Below are positions 49,512 through 57,384 of a stretch of 64,000 nt of DNA, piece by piece. Source of the stretch: Candidatus Babeliales bacterium (GTDB taxonomy: Bacteria; Babelota; Babeliae; Babelales; JANWKD01); the NCBI GenBank assembly GCA_963701665.1, contig OY969622.1, forward strand, positions 32,001-96,000, read 5' to 3'. How positions within the stretch are numbered: the stretch's first letter is position 1; every line of letters begins with the position of its first letter. The notes beneath the pieces were generated by a model. The model was not told the DNA's origin and did no database searches. It saw only the letters and a list, made by a program, of their open reading frames with translations. Both the position numbers and the translations under genes were made by a program.

Positions 49512-50204
49512 ATGAAAAAAATTTTAGTTATCGTACTGTTATTTTTCTCGTGTTCATTGCAAAGCATGCAAGAAATAATGCGAGCACAACCGACTAGTAA
49601 AAAAATGGCGCAAAAAATGCTTGTGAGGGGCTTTATTGAACATCAAAAAGGAAAATCCAAAGATATCGAAGAAAGAGAACTTACCACGCAAGCCTTTGTC
49701 CAAAACATTGATAACATAGTTATCGAAAACGGCTTCAATAGCACAGAAAGACAGGAATTAGCAAAGACGAACGATGAATTACGTATGCATGATGTCAATG
49801 ATGACCAAACATTTATCGGCCTTTATGAATTAGCACGATTTGCAAATGTCTTACTGAGCAAAATTGCAACTAAACAACCCAAATCTATGCCAATCTATCT
49901 TGAGCAAACTTTTGTACTCGGAAGGTTGTCAACATTGGCAGCAAAAATAGCCTGTGATCAATTAGACGAAGAAATACTTTCTCAGCAAATGTCAGAATAT
50001 TATGTTGTAAGTCCTCGACCAAAGATAACCGCTCAATCTCCTTTTGCAAAAAAATCTCACAAAACTTCTAAAAAAGTAAGAATACAGGAACCCGAAGATT
50101 CAACGCCAAGATTCATTCTAGCTGAAATTCCAAAGGCACAGTTGAAAGCGGTAATTGCAAACCCGGACAAGTTCTTCGAAGAAGATTTGGAAGAAGTTGC
50201 ATAA
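49512..50204 (+). CDS. Exported hypothetical protein
   Basis: Signal peptide LQS|MQ; RBS GGGG. Confidence 0.75.
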   Translation: MKKILVIVLLFFSCSLQSMQEIMRAQPTSKKMAQKMLVRGFIEHQKGKSKDIEERELTTQAFVQNIDNIVIENGFNSTERQELAKTNDELRMHDVNDDQTFIGLYELARFANVLLSKIATKQPKSMPIYLEQTFVLGRLSTLAAKIACDQLDEEILSQQMSEYYVVSPRPKITAQSPFAKKSHKTSKKVRIQEPEDSTPRFILAEIPKAQLKAVIANPDKFFEEDLEEVA

Positions 50205-50205
50205 T

Positions 50206-50832
50206 TTACATTTGCAGCAACACTGCGCGTGCGGGCGCACCGTCAACATGCATAATTGCGAGCGGTAAACAGACGAGCACGTAATGCCCTTCGTGAACGT
50301 GTGCAAGGCGAAGTCCTTCAAGAATGCCACATCCTTTACTCAGTAATAATTTGTGGGTTTCATGCTCTGGTTGATTACGCTCAATACCTAAATAATCTAT
50401 GCCGATCGTTTTTATGTTTTGCTTCACTAAATATTCTGCACCACTTTTATCAAGATACACAAATTCAGCGTTAAATGGCGCATCATTGGCCAATGAACTA
50501 TTTTTGGTTTTGAATACTATAATTTCTTGATATTCGAATGTGTACTTTTTAAGTACCGATTCAGAAATAACCGCAACATCATCGTCGAGTGCAATGACGC
50601 GGCATGGCCCCAGATACTGTGTCAAAGGAATTTGATCGATGCTTTTGCCATCTTTTAAAAAATGAAGCGGAGCATCAACGTGCGTTCCTGCATGCGTGTG
50701 CATTGTCACCCGATGTTCTGTGGCATCACTCGAGCTTTTGGAAATGTTTTCGAGGGTAATTTTATTGTTATTCTTGTAGGTAGTCATGTGTTCAGTAATT
50801 GGCCAACTGATATCAATAATATTCATAAGCAT
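50206..50832 (-). CDS. Cyclase / kynurenine formamidase (KynB-like) metallohydrolase
   Basis: HAGTHVDAPLH, IGIDYL, ILEGL and DGAPARA motifs. Confidence 0.9.
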   Translation of the reverse strand: MLMNIIDISWPITEHMTTYKNNNKITLENISKSSSDATEHRVTMHTHAGTHVDAPLHFLKDGKSIDQIPLTQYLGPCRVIALDDDVAVISESVLKKYTFEYQEIIVFKTKNSSLANDAPFNAEFVYLDKSGAEYLVKQNIKTIGIDYLGIERNQPEHETHKLLLSKGCGILEGLRLAHVHEGHYVLVCLPLAIMHVDGAPARAVLLQM

Positions 50833-50838
50833 TAACCC

Positions 50839-51732
50839 TTATACTTTTTTGAATGGATGACCGCCAAACTGATTGCGCAACAGGGCAACGATTTTTGTGG
50901 CATAATTGCCGCCAGTGCGCACCGACCATTCACGAATTTTTACTGAATCTTCAATCAAAGGTACGGGTACTTTTTTTTCATGCGCTTCTTGTACCGTCCA
51001 TATACCAGTGCCGTTTGAGGCGATTTCACCCGATACATTCTTTAATTCTTGATCATGTGCAAAAATGTTCTCTGCCAATTCCAAAATCCATGAACGTATA
51101 ACAGCACCATTATCCCAAACTGATGCAATTTTTTCTAAATCAAGTTGGGGATAGCTGCCATTTTTGAGCAATGAAAATCCTTCTGCATACGATTCTAATA
51201 AAGCATATTCAATGCCATTGTGCACCATCTTTACATAATGTCCTGCACCTGAAGGACCGAGATAGGCATATCCATGTGGCGCAGCCAACGTACTAAACAC
51301 TCTTTCTAGATTAAGAAATGCAGCATGATCACCACCGATCATAATTGAAAAACCTGTCTCGCGTCCATGAATGCCGCCTGAAACACCACAATCAAGGAAT
51401 GATACTGAAAGCGTTTCCAACTCTTTTGCACGGCGTACAGAATCCGTAAAATGACTATTGCCGCCATCAACGATGATAGCGCCTGGCTTTAACAATGGAC
51501 GCATTTGCTCAAGAACAGAATCAATGATTGCACCAGCCGGCACCATTAACCATGCAACTTGAGTTTGCTGTAAAATAAGTTCTGCACGATCAACAAGTTC
51601 ACCGCCTAAAGCAGCTAACTCATTCCGTGCTTGCGTATTTGTATCAAAACCGACGACGTGAAAACCTGCTTTTAATAATCTGAAAGCAATAGCATTGCCC
51701 ATTTTTCCAAGACCAATAATGCCAATTTTCAT
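50839..51732 (-). CDS. gnd: 6-phosphogluconate dehydrogenase, short type
   Basis: GLGKMG, DGGNS, GVSGG, KMVHNGIEY and LRNQFGGH motifs. Confidence 0.95.
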   Translation of the reverse strand: MKIGIIGLGKMGNAIAFRLLKAGFHVVGFDTNTQARNELAALGGELVDRAELILQQTQVAWLMVPAGAIIDSVLEQMRPLLKPGAIIVDGGNSHFTDSVRRAKELETLSVSFLDCGVSGGIHGRETGFSIMIGGDHAAFLNLERVFSTLAAPHGYAYLGPSGAGHYVKMVHNGIEYALLESYAEGFSLLKNGSYPQLDLEKIASVWDNGAVIRSWILELAENIFAHDQELKNVSGEIASNGTGIWTVQEAHEKKVPVPLIEDSVKIREWSVRTGGNYATKIVALLRNQFGGHPFKKV

Positions 51733-53135
51733 GATTGCCACCTCATATGATGCTTATCTGCAAATTCTTCCAATTCTTTAGGGCCACGTGATTCCTTTTG
51801 ATATGCATATAACGGTAAGTGTAATGCTTTAATTTTTTCTATAATATCCCATGCAAATTCAATTTCATCAAAGCGTACTGAAATTGATTGTTCACCAATA
51901 AGCACTTCTTGCAACACTAATTCGTACGTATTTCCTTTCACAGAACCAAAGGTACATTCATAACAAAAATCCATAGTCACGGGCATAACCTCGATCAAGA
52001 GACCCGGTTTTTTTACGTTCAATTCGAGTGAAAAGAGCGGTTTTGGCAATACACGAATGGTGAGCTTATTTGCTTGGCTAGGGCAACTTGAACTTAAAAG
52101 ACATTTAACGTGTTTGAATTGCACGGTAATAACCGTATCTTTCGTATTCATGCATTTCCCCGTTGTTATATAAAATGGCACCCGTTGCCAACGTGGCGTA
52201 TCGATCATAAATTTTAATGCCGCAAAGGTTTCAGTTTTTGAACCCTCGGCAACACCCTTTTCTGAAAGATAGCCATCATATTGACCCAAAATGCCATCTA
52301 CCGGATAAATTTTTTGCAACACTGCAGCGACTTGATCGCGCACGGCATCACCACTTAATAACCGCGGTGCTTCCATGGAAAGCAGGGCTAAAATCTGCAT
52401 AAGATGATTTTGCACGACATCTTTGAGCGCGCCGTACGCATCATAATACAACCCTCGTCCTTCAACACTGACCGTTTCTCGTAATGCGATTTCAACCCAA
52501 TCAATATTTTCATAATTCCATAAAGGTTCAAACACGCGATTAGTAAAACGAACGAGTGCCAGCGTGCCAATGATATCTTTTGCCAAATAATGATCAACAC
52601 GATAAATTTGCGATTCATCTAAATACTGTGAAATTACTTTGTTAATCTGTCCTGCAGACGCGCGATCTTGGCCGAACGGTTTTTCATAGACAACGCGACA
52701 CCACCCTCGTTTCTGATCGTTTTGTTTTTTATAAATGACATTATGCTGCCCGAGTGCTTGCGAAACGGGTGCAAAAAATTGCGAGGGTAACGCCATGTAA
52801 ACGAGTGTGTTAACGACATCAGTGGCAAGTTTCTTCTTCTCAGTCTCAAGAAAACGCGCGAGATGTTCAACATCATCAGCGTTAGCAAAATCTGTTTTTT
52901 GATACACAAAATGTGAACAAAATTCTTGCCACGTTGCCTCATCAAATTCTTCAACAAACGGCAATGCTGTTTTCAAAATATCTGGCGTTGTTATTGCTTC
53001 ACGCCCAACGCCACACAATAACCATGATGATGGCAAATGCTTATGTTTTAACAAACTATAAAGAGCCGGCAGCAACCTGCGTTTTGACAAATCTCCTGTT
53101 GCACCCAACAAAATAATGATGATACTTTCATTCAT
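51729..53135 (-). CDS. zwf: Glucose-6-phosphate 1-dehydrogenase
   Basis: GATGDL, EKPFG, RVDHYLAK and DVVQNHL motifs. Confidence 0.95.
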   Translation of the reverse strand: MNESIIIILLGATGDLSKRRLLPALYSLLKHKHLPSSWLLCGVGREAITTPDILKTALPFVEEFDEATWQEFCSHFVYQKTDFANADDVEHLARFLETEKKKLATDVVNTLVYMALPSQFFAPVSQALGQHNVIYKKQNDQKRGWCRVVYEKPFGQDRASAGQINKVISQYLDESQIYRVDHYLAKDIIGTLALVRFTNRVFEPLWNYENIDWVEIALRETVSVEGRGLYYDAYGALKDVVQNHLMQILALLSMEAPRLLSGDAVRDQVAAVLQKIYPVDGILGQYDGYLSEKGVAEGSKTETFAALKFMIDTPRWQRVPFYITTGKCMNTKDTVITVQFKHVKCLLSSSCPSQANKLTIRVLPKPLFSLELNVKKPGLLIEVMPVTMDFCYECTFGSVKGNTYELVLQEVLIGEQSISVRFDEIEFAWDIIEKIKALHLPLYAYQKESRGPKELEEFADKHHMRWQS

Positions 53136-54451
53136 TGTGCTAATAAATTCCTTGTTTCTTGTTTATATGATTCAACATTGGGTTGATCAAACGGATTAAC
53201 TTCTAAAAGAAATCCTAAAAACATCATTTCAATCATTTTAAACTGTAAAAACTGCCCACAATACCATGCATTTAATGCGGGAAATTCAATTGAGATAAAA
53301 GGCCTTTTTTGTTTACGATAGGCTGCTTTTACCCCGTCAATAATTGCTTGCATAATATACGGTACCGATTTGCCTTGAATGTTTGCAACTAAATGACCAA
53401 ATTCAGGAAGGTCAGGCACCATAAGACTATTTTTTTCAGGGCGTACGCTCACAAATGTGTTACATTTATCACGCGGGCCACCTAAATAAAGCTGGCCAAC
53501 TGAATGCAAATCAACGGTGCCAACAGAAACGGTAGGATTGATACCACGCTCCACAACAGCGCCATGAATATCATGTTCTTTGCCAATACTCTCACCCATC
53601 AATTGACGATACCAAGCACCCATGCTGCGCAGCTCGTGGGAAAAAACAAACATATCTTGAATGATAATGCCTTTTTTGTATTGTGCAAATATCGTTGCTG
53701 CACTATGCGCCACCGCATTATATTCGATGATACCAGTCGCCATCTCTTTAACTGATCCTGCGCCAGCTAGAAGATCGTATATCGGCACTTTCAACATGCC
53801 CAATGGGAATAACCCGACAGCAGAAAGCACTGAAAATCTGCCACCAACTTTTTTTGGTATAGGTAAAAGTGCGTAATGATTTTTTTGTGCATAGCGCCAA
53901 AGTACTGAATCTTCATCAGTAGTTATCACGATATACTCTTGATAATCATCAGGGTGATACTGCTGCAACAGTGATAAAAAAAGTTCAAAATTTACGATTG
54001 TTTCTGTTGTAGTGCCAGATTTGGTAATGACATTTATTAAAATGCGATTACCTTTTTCCAATTCATGCTGTGCAATGATCAGTAAACTTTTTAAATACTG
54101 AGCATCAACCGTATCGGCACAATACATTTTAAGTACAGGATCCAGATCGTTATAAAGAATGCCATGCAATGCTTCATGGATCGCAAGAATACCAAGATTT
54201 GAACCTCCTATACCGATCACAAAAAGACACGTTGCTAGCAGTTGCTTTTTTTCATCAATCAAGGCTTGTACTTTTGCATGATACTCAACATCAAATGGTA
54301 CATAGACTGATGCATAGACAGAATCATACTGTTGTGCAAATGCCTGCTTGAGGCGCGCAATTTCTGGTTCTAATTTTTTTAGACTTGCTAACAATTCTCC
54401 TTCTGTACACAAACTGGCGCTCAAATCAATATGTAAGAAATCCATACTCAT
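53132..54451 (-). CDS. pgi: Glucose-6-phosphate isomerase
   Basis: GIGGS, KSGTTTET, GGRFS, QL.GES.GK, DLHS and FDQPNVE.YK motifs. Confidence 0.95.
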   Translation of the reverse strand: MSMDFLHIDLSASLCTEGELLASLKKLEPEIARLKQAFAQQYDSVYASVYVPFDVEYHAKVQALIDEKKQLLATCLFVIGIGGSNLGILAIHEALHGILYNDLDPVLKMYCADTVDAQYLKSLLIIAQHELEKGNRILINVITKSGTTTETIVNFELFLSLLQQYHPDDYQEYIVITTDEDSVLWRYAQKNHYALLPIPKKVGGRFSVLSAVGLFPLGMLKVPIYDLLAGAGSVKEMATGIIEYNAVAHSAATIFAQYKKGIIIQDMFVFSHELRSMGAWYRQLMGESIGKEHDIHGAVVERGINPTVSVGTVDLHSVGQLYLGGPRDKCNTFVSVRPEKNSLMVPDLPEFGHLVANIQGKSVPYIMQAIIDGVKAAYRKQKRPFISIEFPALNAWYCGQFLQFKMIEMMFLGFLLEVNPFDQPNVESYKQETRNLLAQ

Positions 54452-54698
54452 TCCTTTATATGCACGTGTCGAATTTTTTCTCGTAGATTACTATAACACG
54501 AAGAGAATTGTAGTGCGCTGTAATTTTTCAAAAATTGATGACGTTGTCCAAGTTTTAACGACTAATAGGATTACACGGAAAGTCGCTCACACAGCGCCAC
54601 TCGCTGTTGCAAAAGGGTAATGCGCTCTTGCTTTTATCCCATTATTATTTTAGAATCACGGGTACATGTTTAACCCACAACTAAAAAGGAATCCACTT

Positions 54699-55391
54699 AT
54701 GAACTTCTTCAAGTATTCATTACTTGCTTTTTGTTTTCTCATTTCAGGATTCAATTATGCAGAGACCCCTGATACGATGCCTTCCGAACAATCTATGATT
54801 GATGCGCAATCTGACATGAGCCTTTGTGTACGCTCATGTGATGATGAGCAACTCTCAATGCTTGAGATATGCCGCATTGTTTTAACAGAATGCGCAGAGG
54901 TATATCTCACCTTATACGATGGAGAAAAAGACGATCTTGTTAGAATGGCAACCGAACTCATGACTCTACAAACTATGGTTGAACAATACTGCGATAGCTG
55001 TTTGAAAGATGATCCAATAATGAAGAAATACAAAGAGTTCATGCGGCTTGAAAACATGAGTTTGCATGGTACAGTAGGATGTCAATCATGCGATGAGGCA
55101 AACTATGAGGCTGTTAGAATGCCATTCAGCATAAAAACGTTCTTAGAAAATCAGGATATGCAAGCGTTTTACGATACTCTTGATACAGAAGAAAAAAAGC
55201 AATATAAGCACATCGTTAAAGGCATGAATAATTTCTGCCAAGATGTTGTTAAAACCATTGAAATGATTGTTGATCATTACCCTTCACTTAAAGAAAAGAT
55301 CAAAGCAGAACTTGAGGCCCAAGGATTAAGACTCATGATTACCGTTCAATTTGATGAGCCACTTCCTTCAGCAACCTATCAAGTTATCTAA
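54699..55391 (+). CDS. Exported acidic Cys/Met-rich hypothetical protein
   Basis: Signal peptide; several CxxC-like pairs. Confidence 0.7.
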   Translation: MNFFKYSLLAFCFLISGFNYAETPDTMPSEQSMIDAQSDMSLCVRSCDDEQLSMLEICRIVLTECAEVYLTLYDGEKDDLVRMATELMTLQTMVEQYCDSCLKDDPIMKKYKEFMRLENMSLHGTVGCQSCDEANYEAVRMPFSIKTFLENQDMQAFYDTLDTEEKKQYKHIVKGMNNFCQDVVKTIEMIVDHYPSLKEKIKAELEAQGLRLMITVQFDEPLPSATYQVI

Positions 55392-55408
55392 ATCTACGTT
55401 CATTAATT

Positions 55409-55447
55409 AAAAAAAGAGCACATGTTTTTGCATGTGCTCTTTTTTTT
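55409..55447. terminator. Bidirectional terminator
   Basis: A-tract GAGCACATG / CATGTGCTC T-tract. Confidence 0.85.
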
Positions 55448-55455
55448 AACGCCCA

Positions 55456-55866
55456 TTAAATTTTAATTCGTTCAAGTGCTTTCATGGTCTTAAGATATTC
55501 ATTAATACGCGAACAAATTTCCTGCGCAGTTTCCTCATTGTAATCATGCGTTGTTGCATTTCTAGCTTCAGAAATATCTAAGAGTTTTTTAGTTTCTTCT
55601 TCACTAATCATGCCCAGTAAAAAACATTCACGAAAAATTGCCTTTGGAGAAGAAAGCTCAATAGAATGAAATTTTTTTATATATTGTTGGAGAAACTTCC
55701 AGCACATTTCATAACAAATTTCAAAATGCTTCACCAGTGATGCAACAGCATTTTCTGACTCTTCTTCTTGAGATGCGCTATTAAATTTTGAGGAAAAATT
55801 CAAACTACGTTCCAAAGCATGCAGGGACTTTATAAACTTCTGATGGGCACTTATTAACCTTTCCAC
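55456..55866 (-). CDS. HEPN-domain (HI0074-like) RNase toxin
   Basis: FE..YE..WK, SPK.IFRE and RNATTHDY (Rx4HxY) motifs. Confidence 0.9.
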   Translation of the reverse strand: MERLISAHQKFIKSLHALERSLNFSSKFNSASQEEESENAVASLVKHFEICYEMCWKFLQQYIKKFHSIELSSPKAIFRECFLLGMISEEETKKLLDISEARNATTHDYNEETAQEICSRINEYLKTMKALERIKI

Positions 55867-56144
55867 AAAATTCCCTCTTTTAAGATATTTTCTTTCAGTG
55901 CTTGAGGAACACGATTGAGGTCAACAACATCAACTTTTTGTGGAATATTAAGGGCATCGATCATGCTCACTATTTGCCCTTTTTGAGTCATCGATAGCGG
56001 CTCTTTAGCATCAATGGCTATATCAATATCGGATGTCGCTACATAATTTCCTCGTGCACGCGATCCAAAAAGATATATTTTTGCTTCAGGGAAAAAAATC
56101 TCAATAACTTTAATAATTTGTTTTTTTTGTTCTTGGTTTAGCAT
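55854..56144 (-). CDS. Minimal nucleotidyltransferase (MNT) antitoxin
   Basis: LFGSRARG....SDID (GSx10DxD); overlaps the HEPN gene. Confidence 0.92.
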   Translation of the reverse strand: MLNQEQKKQIIKVIEIFFPEAKIYLFGSRARGNYVATSDIDIAIDAKEPLSMTQKGQIVSMIDALNIPQKVDVVDLNRVPQALKENILKEGILWKG

Positions 56145-56203
56145 ACTTTGCTCTTACATGGGTTATAAATGCTATTTTTTATCTTACTACAGCAAAACAA
56201 TTT

Positions 56204-57298
56204 TTAATAATTCAACACAGCTGGCGAAATGCTATATAACCTCTTTTTTTTAGATGGATCTAACACTACAAAAAAGCCATTTTGTACCCATTGCTGACAC
56301 ATCGCACGCGCAGTTCTGGGTTGAACTTTAAATGCTTTTTCAACATCATGCGCTGTGATAACATCCTTTTTTTTGAAAAGCTGTAGTGCTTTTTGCTGGC
56401 GAACATCAAGCCGGGATAATTGACCTGAAGAATCTTGCAATCCCTTTTTTTGCGCACGTTGAGCATGAAGTTTTACTCGCTCAAAACTATGTACTAATCC
56501 AGCACAGAAATATTCAACCCAAGGAGTAATATCAGCTTCCTCGCGACCTTCATAATAATTATGTGATGGCCCAATTGATATTGCGTGATAATATGCAGGT
56601 AAATTATTGGCATAATATTCTTCAAGTGAGTATAACCCTTTCAATCCATAACCCCCTGCATGTAATAAAAATGAGGTAAGTAACCGTGCGGTTCTCCCAT
56701 TACCATCAAAATAGGGATGAATCGTAGCAAATTGGTAATGCATTAATGCAGCACGCAAAGGACAAGGCAACTCCTTTTCTGTTTTATTAACCCATGTGAC
56801 CAAATCCTTCATGAGCTTTTGCACATCTTTAGCTTCGGGAGGAAGATATACAATTCTACGTGTTGCACTATCACGAATAATATTTTGTCCATCACGGTAT
56901 GACGTTGCTGTTACTTTCTTTTTTCCATCGCCCATCACAAGCGCATGAAGAGCTTTTATAGTAGCTTCACTCAATACAATTTTCTTTTTCAATATATTTT
57001 TTAGATAATCAAGTGCAGCATCATAGCCCCAAACCTCTTTTTCATCCCGTTCTCTACCGGGAAAATTCTTTGCATCCTCAATTACTTCTTTTACCTGCTG
57101 TGATGTTAAACGATTACCTTCGATAAAAGTAGAATAATGAATAGATTCTATTCGTGCAGTTTCACGTAAACTCGCAAGTACCACTGAATTTATTGGCAAT
57201 GTATCAATTTCTTGGCGTAATGCTTCAATTTTCATCAAATCTGATGCAATACCTGGTGTAATGGTATAATTTGGTTTAAACATCGTTTCCTTTGCCAT
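56204..57298 (-). CDS. Fic-domain protein with C-terminal winged HTH
   Basis: HPYFDGNGRTAR; inhibitory motif STFIEGN. The start may be ATG 57283. Confidence 0.93.
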   Translation of the reverse strand: MAKETMFKPNYTITPGIASDLMKIEALRQEIDTLPINSVVLASLRETARIESIHYSTFIEGNRLTSQQVKEVIEDAKNFPGRERDEKEVWGYDAALDYLKNILKKKIVLSEATIKALHALVMGDGKKKVTATSYRDGQNIIRDSATRRIVYLPPEAKDVQKLMKDLVTWVNKTEKELPCPLRAALMHYQFATIHPYFDGNGRTARLLTSFLLHAGGYGLKGLYSLEEYYANNLPAYYHAISIGPSHNYYEGREEADITPWVEYFCAGLVHSFERVKLHAQRAQKKGLQDSSGQLSRLDVRQQKALQLFKKKDVITAHDVEKAFKVQPRTARAMCQQWVQNGFFVVLDPSKKKRLYSISPAVLNY

Positions 57299-57343
57299 TA
57301 TTATGCCGTTATCCTGCCATTATTATGCCATTAAATGCCATTA
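57293..57343. promoter_or_regulatory. Five helically phased TGCCATTA direct repeats (putative operator)
   Basis: At 57293, 57304 (TGCCGTTA), 57315, 57326 and 57336. Confidence 0.6.
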
Positions 57344-57384
57344 AAATTCAAGAGTTTTTATCAACGTAATTTTTTAATGGCGTA

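Noticed and set aside
54530..54630. GC-richer intergenic patch with a small hairpin (ACAGCG/CGCTGT) upstream of pgi
   Set aside because: No recognisable riboswitch or ncRNA motif; needs an Rfam scan
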